Below the pieces are notes generated by a model. That model ran no database searches. It worked only from the letters and a program-made list of their open reading frames with translations, and was not told the origin of the DNA. 40,153 bases of DNA from Macrostomum lignano (Eukaryota). Positions 12,130 through 22,486 of this stretch are shown here, in pieces. Both the position numbers and the translations under genes were made by a program. The stretch covers positions 1 through 40,153 of the forward strand of contig NIVC01001479.1 in assembly GCA_002269645.1 (NCBI GenBank). Reading direction: 5' to 3'. Numbering within the stretch: position 1 is the first letter of the stretch; each line of letters starts with the position of its first letter.

Positions 12130-12545
12130 TCAATCTTCGTGAGTTTTCGCCGCTGCCGTCGCCGCCGCATCATCACTATCCGCCGTAGTAGCCGGCTCGG
12201 GTCGGTTGTCATTCGCTTTCGTAGCAGTTCTCACCGCCGCGGTCACTGCTCGAGTGGCGCTAGAAGAAGTACACGCCACGCTAGACGGCGATGTGGTCGA
12301 GGGTTCGTCTATGCTACGCTGGCGAATCAAACGCGACCCACCGGCGGTGTCCCAGCTCTCTGCTATCGACGACATCTTGGCTGCTGACAAGTGCCGCTTC
12401 AGGATGCCGGTCGGCTGCTGGCTCCGGCGCTGCTGGCTGGGCGACGTCAGCGGGCTGACGCCGGTGCTGGAGCTGTGACAACCTGGCAGCGTTGGGCGAA
12501 GAAGCTGATGATGCTGCCGCGGCTGCAGTAGTCGCCTGGTCTGGT
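12130..12545 (-). CDS. Shab: Shab/Kv2 terminal coding exon 5
   Basis: Pyrimidine-rich acceptor ...ccgcatcctcag|AC CAG ACC. Phase 1 matches exon 4, and the frame is open to TGA at 12132-12130 (...TGILKRHLSAAKMSSIAESWDTAGG...AAKTHED*). GC-rich island flanked by repeats. Confidence 0.58.
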
Positions 12546-12582
12546 CTGAGGATGCGGAGTTGCGGTGGGGAGACAGAGAGGC

Positions 12583-12870
12583 CTTTTCTCTACTCTCCTT
12601 TGCTCTCCTCTCGTCTCCTCTACGCTTCTCGTCTAATCTCCTCTCATCTCATCTCATCACATCTCATTTCTTCTCCCCTCATCTCCTCTCCTCTTCTCTC
12701 CTCTCATCTCCTCTCCTCTCATCGCATCGAACTTACTCTCCTCTTTTCTCATCTCATCTCATTTCATTTCATCTCCTTTCCTTTCCTCTCCTCTCCTCTC
12801 TTCTCATCTCATCTCATCTCATCTCCTCTTCTCTCATCTCATCTACCATCTATACCATCTATCTCATCTC
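12583..12870. repeat. (CTCAT/CTCCT)n pentamer-like pyrimidine-rich repeat
   Basis: Directly visible; at the 3' end of Shab intron 4. Confidence 0.9.
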
Positions 12871-13204
12871 TCCTCTATTCTGGCCATCTTTTGCATCTAG
12901 TCTTGACTCCTACGAAATCTACGGATTATATAAACAGCAGTTCTGCGCTTGCATAGAAGCCGGTAAAATCAAAACAGAAATAAAAACGTAAAGGACAGAG
13001 TATTATAGAAGAATTTCACAAAAATCGACAAAACCGGAGTTAAAACGTTTACGAAAAAAATAAAAATTATAGAAAATAATCTCATCAGAGCTCATATTTA
13101 CCTCAGACACTGGCGACTTTATGTATGGGATTATTTTCTGGCGGCTCTGGTTGGGGAATGGAATGTCTTTGACATGAGCTCAAACGACTGATGCATTGGA
13201 GTCT

Positions 13205-14522
13205 TGGTAATTCCCCTTGTTTGGGATTTCTCTGACTCTTGGGAATCCCCCCTGATTTATGGAAGTCTTGGGATTTCCCTGGGGAATCGGATGCTTGGGA
13301 TTTCTCTGGTGCATCGGGAGCTTGGGATTTCCATGGTGCATCGGTAGCTTGGGATTTCCATGGTGCATCGGTAGCTTGGGATTTCCCTGGTGCATCGGTA
13401 GCTTGGGATTTCTCTGGTGCATCGGGGGCTTGGGATTTCCCTGGGGAATCGGATGCTTGAGATTTCCATGGTGCATCGGTAGCTTGGGATTTCCCTGGTG
13501 CATCGGGGGCTTGGGATTTCCCTGGGGAATCGGATGCTTGAGATTTCCCTGGGGAATCGGATGCCTGGGATTTCTCTGGTGCATCGGGAGCTTGGGATTT
13601 CCCTGGTGCATCGGTAGCTTGGGATTTCCCTGGGGAATCGGATGCTTGGGATTTCTCTGGTGCATCAGGGGCTTGGGATTTCCCTGGTGCATCGGAGGCT
13701 TGGGATTTCCCTGGTGCATCGGGGGCTTGGGATTTTCCTGGTGCATCGGGAGCTTGGGATTTCCCTGGTGCATCGGGAGCTTGGGATTTCCATGGTGCAT
13801 CGGTAGCTTGGGATTTCCCTGGTGCATCGGTAGCTTGGGATTTCCATGGTGCATCGGTAGCTTGGGATTTTCCTGGTGCATCGGTAGCTTGGGATTTCCA
13901 TGGTGCATCGGTAGCTTGAGATTTCCATGGTGCATCGGGAGCTTGGGATTTCCCTGGTGCATCGGGAGCTTGGGATTTCCCTGGGGAATCGGATGCTTGG
14001 GATTTCTCTGGTGCATCGGGGGCTTGGGATTTCCCTGGTGCATCGGAGGCTTGGGATTTCCCTGGTGCATCGGTAGCTTGGGATTTTCCTGGTGCATCGG
14101 GAGCTTGGGATTTCCCTGGTGCATCGGTAGCTTGGGATTTCCCTGGTGCATCGGTAGCTTGGGATTTCCCTGGTGCATCGGTAGCTTGGGATTTCCCTGG
14201 TGCATCGGTAGCTTGGGATTTCCCTGGTGCATCGGTAGCTTGGGATTCTCTGGTGCATCGGGGGCTTGGGATTTCCCTGGTGCATCGGGGGCTTGGGATT
14301 TCCCTGGTGCATCGGTAGCTTGGGATTTCCCTGGGGAATCGGATGATTGGGATTTCTCTGGTGCTTCGGGAGCTTGGGATTTCCCTGGTGCATCGGGGGC
14401 TTGGGATTTCCCTGGTGCATCGGGAGCTTGGGATTTCCCTGGTGCATCGGGGGCTTGGGATTTCCCTGGTGCATCGGGAGCTTGGGATTTCCATGGTGAA
14501 CCGGATGCTTGGGATTTCCCTG
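13205..14522. repeat. 27-bp minisatellite (GGGATTTCCCTGGTGCATCGGTAGCTT) in Shab intron 4
   Basis: About 48 units; 9-aa periodicity in the overlapping ORFs. Confidence 0.97.
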
Positions 14523-14553
14523 ACATAAAGAGTCATTCCCAATCGACCCTTAC

Positions 14554-15055
14554 CGGTCGACTCAGTCGCGTCGACCGACCGACGCTTGCCACCGCCGCCA
14601 CCGCCGCTGCCGACGCTGAAAAATCGGCCAAGGCTGCCCAGCAGAGGCGAGGCGCTCGGCGAGGACGCGTACGAGCGGCCGCCATCCTCGGTGGCCGGCT
14701 CAACGAACTTGATCCTATCCTGCCGACGCCGCGACTTCGGCGTTTGAGCGCCGCCGCCGCCGGCTTCAAGAGTCATCGATGGCGGCAACACCGACGAGAC
14801 CGGCACGACCACGGCAGGGATGGCGGCGGTGGCGGCGACAGATGGCGTCAGCGGACTCTGCGGGTTGCTGCTGCAGGTGCCGAAAGTGTCTCCGCTGTCG
14901 CCACCCGGGCTGTTCAGCTTCGCCAGCTTCAACGGGTGCAGCTGTGGATGCGGCGGTCGGGGCCTCGGCAACTGTGGTATTGCAATGGCCACAGGCGCCG
15001 GTGAAGCTTGCAGATTTGGATCGTCCGAGTCGTCCACGCACAAGCCGACGTGGTG
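14554..15055 (-). CDS. Shab: Shab/Kv2 exon 4 (Pro/Ser-rich disordered C-terminal tail)
   Basis: GC-rich open frame HHVGLCVDDSDDPNLQASPAP...RRSVDATEST. Phase-0 acceptor gtcaag|CAC at 15055, with an in-frame alternative ttctcag| at 15091. Donor ACC G|GTAAGG (phase 1) at 14553. Confidence 0.62.
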
Positions 15056-15242
15056 CTTGACGGGGTTTGTAAATAAAATGGAAACGGAAAGCTGAGAACT
15101 TCTCGAAATTTCTTGAAAATTCTGTAAAACTGCTGCTGCCTCTTATTAGGCTTCAGCTTCAGCCCAATCCTATTGCTGACCCAACTCTGCTCCATCCATC
15201 ATCCGTCAGCTCCACCCAACCCTCTCAGAACCCTTTATATGT

Positions 15243-15795
15243 CTGCTCCCTGATTGGCTTTTAGCTCCAAGCGTCCCTCAGAATCCTCTATCCCCTCTGC
15301 TCTCTGATTGGCTATCAGCTCCAAGCGTCCCTCAGAATCCTCTATCTCTTCTGCTCTCTGATTGGCTATCAGCTCCAAGCGTCCCTCAGAATCCTCTATC
15401 CCTTCTGCTCTCTGATTGGCTATCAGCTCCAAGCGTCCCTCAGAATCCTCTATCTCTTCTGCTCTCTGATTGGCTATCAGCTCCAAGCGTCCCTCAGAAT
15501 CCTCTATCTCTTCTGCTCTCTGATTGGCTATCAGCTCCAAGCGTCCCTCAGAATCCTCTATCTCTTCTGCTCTCTGATTGGCTATCAGCTCCAAGCGTCC
15601 CTCAGAATCCTCTATCTCTTCTGCTCTCTGATTGGCTATCAGCTCCAAGCGTCCCTCAGAATCCTCTATCTCTTCTGCTCTCTGATTGGCTATCAGCTCC
15701 AAGCGTCCCTCAGAATCCTCTATCTCTTCTGCTCTCTGATTGGCTATCAGCTCCAAGCGTCCCCAGAACCCTCTATCTCCTCTGCTCTCTGATTA
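15243..15795. repeat. 54-bp minisatellite (GATTGGCTATCAGCTCCAAGCGTCCCTCAGAATCCTCTATCTCTTCTGCTCTCT) in Shab intron 3
   Basis: About 10 near-identical units; 18-aa periodicity in ORF 15235..15756. Confidence 0.97.
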
Positions 15796-15848
15796 GTCCG
15801 CAGCTTTGTTGCAACCAGGTGTACTACGAGCCGTAAGCTAAGCCTCAC

Positions 15849-15966
15849 CTTAGTTTCGGCTTTAGAGTTGGCTTCGTCTAGCAGCCGTCCCACAGCCGCG
15901 GCCGCCGCCTCGATGTCCACGGAGGTTGCCTGCTGAACTACGGTTGCGCCGCCATTATTGCGGCAT
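15849..15966 (-). CDS. Shab: Shab/Kv2 exon 3 (C-terminal tail, 118 nt)
   Basis: Acceptor ttttataatttcag|A after a 118-nt AT-rich intron. Phase 2 matches exon 2, followed by 39 open codons CRNNGGATVVQQATSVDIEAAAAAVGRLLDEANSKAETK and donor AAG|GTGAGG (phase 0). No homology evidence. Confidence 0.7.
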
Positions 15967-16084
15967 CTGAAATTATAAAATATAAAATATTTTGCCTACT
16001 AACAAATAGTAGGAGGAATAGTAGATAATCTACTGTACTTTTGGCATCTTTTATAATAATAGTGACATTGTCATTGCAACCTAC

Positions 16085-17049
16085 TTAAAGTAGGCCATGT
16101 TGTTTCTGACGTCTCTGCCGCTGCAGCCGCTGCTGTCGCTACAGTCGCTGCTGTACTCGCTGAAGTCTTTGTCGTGGCTGCAACCGGTGTCCACGCTGGG
16201 CCGTTTCTGGATAAAGGACGACACGGAAATCAGACTGCCCTTGCGCTTGGCCGACTCCATCGCCTCCATGCGGCGCTGCGCCTTCTCCCGGCGCGACTGC
16301 TCCGTGTAGAACTCGGCGAAGTTGTTCACGATGATGGGGATGGGCAGCGCCACCACCAGCACGCCGCAGATGCAGCAGCCGCTGCCGATAATTTTTCCTA
16401 GAAACGTCCTAGGAACAATGTCTCCGTAGCCAACGGTTGTCATGGTGATGGCTGCCCACCAGAATGTGGCCGGGATGGATCGGAAATCGTTTGGCTCGGG
16501 CTCGTCTTTCTCGGCAAAGTAGGCCAGGCTGGAGAACAGCAGGACGCCGAGCAGGACGAACAGGATGAGCAGGCCGAGCTCCTTGTAGCTCTGGTGCAGA
16601 GTGTAGCCCAGCGACTTCAGCCCTGTGGAGTGCCGCGCCAGCTTCAGCACCCGCAGGATGCGCAGGATGCGGAATACTTGGACAATCTTTCTCACGGAGG
16701 TCAGCGAGGAGTACTCTCCGGTGTCCTCCGCCTGCATGCTGTGCACGAGGATCACGGATATGTAGTAGGGCACGATGGCGATCAGGTCGATGATGTTCAT
16801 CGGGCCTTTGATGAATTTGCACTTGTCCGGCGAGGCCCAGAATCTGAGCACGAATTCCAGGGTGAACCACACGATGCAGGCCGCCTCCACCACCTCCAGG
16901 TGCGGGTTGTCTTCCATGGACCACACTAGGCGGGTGTTGTTGACAGGGCCTTCGTACCGGGTGTGGTTGAACTGGATCTCCGGGATAGTGTTCAGGCTGA
17001 GGCCCATGGTGGCCAGGACGATGAACAGAATGGACACGATGGCCACCAC
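16085..17049 (-). CDS. Shab: Shab/Kv2 exon 2: S1-S6 transmembrane core, pore and proximal C-terminus
   Basis: Acceptor CAG|GTG GTG GCC (phase 0). S4 [19 protein letters not shown], pore [15 protein letters not shown] with intact GYG filter, and S6 [15 protein letters not shown] with the Kv2-type PIP motif. Donor AA|GTAGGT (phase 2) at 16084. Confidence 0.97.
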
Positions 17050-17082
17050 CTGGGCGGGTGGCAATGATGAGATTGTTGAACG

Positions 17083-17231
<149 letters not shown>

Positions 17232-18097
17232 GCTATCCACTCTAATTAACTCTCTCCGGCCTGCATGTCATTTCAATGCCTTTGAGATTTCTCCGCAAAA
17301 AAAATTGAATTCGCCATTCAGAGGTCAATGACCTGTGTCCCCCCCCCTGTCTTGACTGAATCTCTCAGTTCCCAATATCTCCTTGTCAATAAAAGTACAC
17401 CACGGTTTCCGCCCGCTGGCAGCTTGAAATTATTTACACGCGGACTGTTCGCCTTTCCTTCACTCTGGAATTCGCCGCTGCCAAGTGGAGTGCCTGATGA
17501 AGCACTGGGTCGGAGTCTGGACAGGCTGGCTACCCCCAGAAATCGAATACCCAAAGCCCCCAGCGTGCAGGGTAGAATTGATAACCCTGGATTAACTAAG
17601 GAACAGCCAACCGCATCATTTTTTGACTATAACAAACTAGCTTTATACCGTACACACAGCCGCATAGCAGTAGCTGTGGAGAGGCCATCCCAGCAGTGAC
17701 AGATGGCCCAAGCTGCTATGCAGCCACTACCTCAGAACTATGCATGCAAAGCTCCCTAACCATCTGGAGCATATGATTTCAGTCATGTGGCATCTTCACG
17801 CTCTCGCAACTTTTTATAACAGCCAATCAGAAAGAAACAGTCCAGTTGTTAGTTTTTTTAATAGCTACAAAATTACCTGGTAATTTCGTTACTAGGGTCT
17901 ATAGGGGTACGAGTATCAGGAAGGCCTCATCAATTGTATGCCTCTGATGGGTTGGTGCTGCAATACACGGTTGCCGCATAAATTCTAAAAGCTCACAAGA
18001 TCAGCAGACCGGATTGGAGAAAAAATTCCTAATAAAAAGGGAAAAATATTCTCAATGCTCCCTAAAGATAACCTAAAAGCATCAGAGATTGGGTCCT

Positions 18098-18907
18098 ATT
18101 AGCACTCCTGACACCCCTATTGTAGCACTCCTGACACCCAATTGTAGCACTCCTGACACCCCCATTGAAGCACTCCTGACACCCCCATTGTAGCACTCCT
18201 GACACCCCCATTGTAGCACTCCTGACACCCCCATTGAAGCACTCCTGACACCCCCATTATAGCACGCTTGACACCCCCATTGTAGCACTCCTGACAACCC
18301 TCATTGTAGCACTCCTGATACCCAATTGTAACACTCCTGACACCCCCATTGAAGCACTCCTGACACCCCCATTGTAGCACTCCTGACACCCCCATTGTAG
18401 CACTCCTGACACCCCCATTGAAGCACTCCTGACACCCCCATTGTAGCACGCTTGACACCCCCATTTTAGCACTCCTGACAACCCCCATTGTAGCACTCCT
18501 GACACCCCCATTGTAGCACGCTTGACACCCCCATTGTAGCACTCCTGACAACCCCCATTGTAGCACTCCTGACACCCCCATTGTAGCATTCCTGACACCC
18601 CCATTGTAGCATTCCTGACACCCCCATTGTAGCACTCCTGACACCCCATATTCTAGCACTCCTGACACCCCATATTCTAGCACTCCTGACACCCCCATTG
18701 TAGCACTCCTGACACCCCATATTCTAGCACTCCTGACACCCCATATTCTAGCACTCCTGACACCCCCATTGTAGCACTCCTGACACCCCATATTCTAGCA
18801 CTCCTGACACCCCATATTCTAGCACTCCTGACACCCCATATTCTAGCACTCCTGACACCCCCATTGTAGCACTCCTGACACCCCATATTCTAGCACTCCT
18901 GACACCC
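18098..18907. repeat. 22/23-bp minisatellite (CCCCATTGTAGCACTCCTGACA) in Shab intron 1
   Basis: Directly visible, about 36 units. Confidence 0.96.
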
Positions 18908-19455
18908 AATGCAGCGTTTACGATACTCATCTATTAAAATAAAGTCACGCAACGTCGATTTCCCAAACAGCAACTCTAATGAGTCAGGGCTATTTAAAAA
19001 CTTGATGGAAAATTTGTTCCAATTTGAAAGCGCGAGTCCACAAACTATGAACTAATTAGCCCTCATAATTGGCACCCATATAATTGCCCATTACCCACTT
19101 TCAGCCAGCCACCGCTAGTAGAGATTCCATTTTAAGCCTGCTGTGTTTTAACTGCGCCACACAAGCGGGCGGACAAATGGCTGTTGTAAGCGCTGCAGGG
19201 CTTGAGCAGCCGCTTCTGCTGTGGGGCGTCCCCAGGGGGGGGGCAGAGAGGAGCAAGCGAGCGCAGTTGACTCGTCAGCGTGACTGCTTCCGAATACCAG
19301 AACAGCTGCAGTGCTCTGGCCGCGTGACTCGACTGCGAGCTTTCTCTGCTAAAAATGAACTGCCAGCCTAGCAACAATTTTCACTGCTATGCGGCAGTCA
19401 TTTGCATTCCCTGCACTGCTGCCGCGGGTGTGCGCGGTTGGATGAGGACGGCCTC

Positions 19456-19817
<362 letters not shown>

Positions 19818-20599
19818 CCCTGCCTGCCTATCTCGGCCCCTGTCTTGCTGTCTTCGCATCAATAAATAATGCGGAGGTTAAAAAAGGACAACCATAGCTT
19901 TCAGCTGCAACCATTTTTCAGCTGTTACAAAAATTTCATCGAATAGAAAATGCATTCCGGCAGATGACAGGCGGTGCTGGGAGACCATCAGCAGCAGCCG
20001 CCATGCAGGAGCCGCGGCAGCTGACTGCAGAGGAATTCTGAGAGCCCATCAACACTGATTAATTTAACCTGAATGCAGCCAGAGGCAGCCTGTGCGGCAT
20101 TCCTTGGCCTACATGTGAACCAAATTTCACTGTAGAGATCTATGAAAGAAATTCAAAGCAGTTCAATTGCTTCTAAGTGCTACTCCTGTGCTTCTGCAGT
20201 GTGTTATGCGAGTTCGCTATCTACTTCATGTTTAAAATTTGAGCTTAAGAAAAAAATTAAATGGCCTTTCTTTCCTGCTGAGTATTTGTACTTTAATAGC
20301 TTTTGGAATTTTCAGCTAGGCATGAGGAAGTGTAGACTAATTTATCGATTTTTTTGGCTCTGTTTATTCCCGTTCCGTTTCTAACGGATATTGGTTCCTG
20401 CAGACACCTGTTTTACACAGCAGATACTGTCTCTGCTAATGTTTAATTAACTGCTTCCTTGGTTTTAAACCAGATTGGATTCCTAATATTCTAGTTTCCT
20501 AGCCAACTAGCTTCCTAATCCACAAATTTTCTAATCCCTTAGAGTCCTGGTGACCTCCGTCTTTTCAAGTCCCACATTTTCTTAATTCACCGGTTTCCT

Positions 20600-21364
20600 A
20601 ATCTCGTCAGTTTTGTAATCCTCTAGTAGTTTCCTAATCCCCTCAGTTTCCTAATCGTTCAGTTTCCTAATCCTTCAGTTTCCCAATCCCCTCAGTTTCC
20701 TAATCGTTCAGTTTCCTAATCCCCTCAGTTTCCTAATCGTTCAGTTTCCTAATCCTTCAGTTTCTTAATTGTTCAGTTTCCTAATCCCGTCAGTTTCCTA
20801 ATCCTTCAGTTTCCTAATCCTTCAGTTTCCTAATCCCCTCGTTTTCCTAATCCTTCAGTTTCCTAATCCTTCAGTTTCCTAATCCTTCAGTTTCCTAATC
20901 CTTCAGTTTCCTAATCCTTCAGTTTCCTAATCGTTCAGTTTCCTAATCCTTCAGTTTCCTAATCCCCTCGTTTTCCTAATCCTCAGTTTCCTAATCCCCT
21001 CAGTTTCCTAATCCCCTCAGTTTCCAAATCCCCTCAGTTTCCTAATCCCCTCAGTTTCCTAATCCCCTCAGTTTCCTAATCCCCTCAGTTTCCTAATCCT
21101 TCAGTTTCCTCATCTCCTCAGTTTCCTAATCCCCTCAGTTTTCTAATCCTTCAGTTTCCTAATCCCCTCACTTTCCTAATCCTCTAGTTTCCTAATCCCC
21201 TCAGTTTTTTAATCCCCTCAGTTTCCTAATCCCCTCAGTTTCCTAATCCCCTCAGTTTTCTAATCCTTCAGTTTCCTAATCCCCTCACTTTCCTAATCCC
21301 CTCACTTTCCTAATCCCCTCACTTTCCTAATCCCCTCAGTTTCCTAATCCCCTCAGTTTCCTAA
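20600..21364. repeat. 16/17-bp minisatellite (CCTAATCC(C/T)TCAGTTT) in Shab intron 1
   Basis: Directly visible; ends 58 bp from the exon 1 donor. Confidence 0.96.
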
Positions 21365-21422
21365 TGCTAAAGTCAGGTGTCGCAGTGACTCCTTCGCACC
21401 AACAGAGAACCTGCAGACTCAC

Positions 21423-22292
21423 CCTGGCAGGCCTGGAGGTCTGCGGCTCCTCCATCAGGTTCCAGACGGACCTTTTGATCTCGCCGTAGCGGCCCGGCCC
21501 GAAGTCCAGCTGGATGCTCCGCTGGTTCCAGCGCACCGCCTCCATGTCTTTGCGAATCTCGTCCTCCGCGGTCTCCTTCTTGTGGTGGTACTTCTGCTGG
21601 CAGCAGAGGTCGAAGCACTCCTCCCTGATGCCCCAGTACTTCAGCTCGGCGTCGAAGGCGATGACGCAGGCGTCCTCGTTCAGATGCAGCTTGCCGGTGC
21701 GGTAGAAGTTCAAAATCGGGTGGAACATCTTCGGGTGCCTGTCGAAGTAGTACTCGTCGTACTGCTGCTGGTGACGCCGACGCTGCCGACTGCGGAGCTG
21801 CTGCTGCTGCTGCTGCTGCTGATGACGACTGCAGTGCCCAGGATGAAAGTCGTCGCACAGCTCGAGGATCTCCTCCTGAGTCCTCGCCCTGCGCAATCGG
21901 CACAGACGGGACCTGGGCATGCGGTTCAGCGTGCTCCACAGAACCTCGTGCCGCTCGCCGCCGACATTCAGCAGCACCCGACGTTGGCGCCGGTGGCGCG
22001 GCCGGTTCTGCCGACTCTGAGGATGATTCGACTCGGCGACGTCCTCCGTTGGAACAGCCGTTCGGCTTGCCGGGCTATAGTACACGCTGCCCTTTTCATT
22101 GGGCTCCTCGGGGATGAAAGCTTCGTCGGTGTCGTCCATCTCCGACGCCTCCGACGCCTCGTCTTCGTCTTCGTTGTCGCTGAAATAGTCAACGCAGTGT
22201 CTGCCGTGGTCAACCGACTGTTTGGGGTAGCGCCAGTGATTGGATGCCGCAGCGGCCGCGTCTACAGAAGCACCTCCGTGGGCGCTGAACAT
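21423..22292 (-). CDS. Shab: Shab/Kv2 voltage-gated K+ channel, first recognisable coding exon (N-terminus + T1/BTB tetramerisation domain)
   Basis: RVLLNVGGERHEVLWSTLNRMPRSRL...EYYFDRHPKMFHPILNFYRTGKLH...CCQQKYHHKKE matches the Kv2 T1 domain. The Zn-binding HX5CX20CC motif is intact. The exon ends ...PQTSRPAR at a phase-0 donor AGG|GTGAGT (GT 21422-21421). First in-frame ATG is 22292; the frame is open from about 22433, so an upstream exon is possible. Confidence 0.92.
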
Positions 22293-22486
22293 TGGACAGC
22301 TGGCTTGCTGTCCAATGTTCAATGTCCAATGTTTTGAAAAGCGATATCGATCTGCGCGGAGGAATGAAGTGGTGGGCGGTGATGCTAAAAATAGCAACAG
22401 CTGGCAGAAGGGAAACTCCGTGGCAGAGGCGCTTGGCTAAATAAGGAAATCCCACAATTTAATCGACAATATACTGTTGCTCCCAG

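Noticed and set aside
21582-22337. Plus-strand ORFs opposite GC-rich exons (also 36405..37106, 32713..33051, 16594..16929)
   Set aside because: Antisense shadows of GC-rich coding sequence with no recognisable domains.
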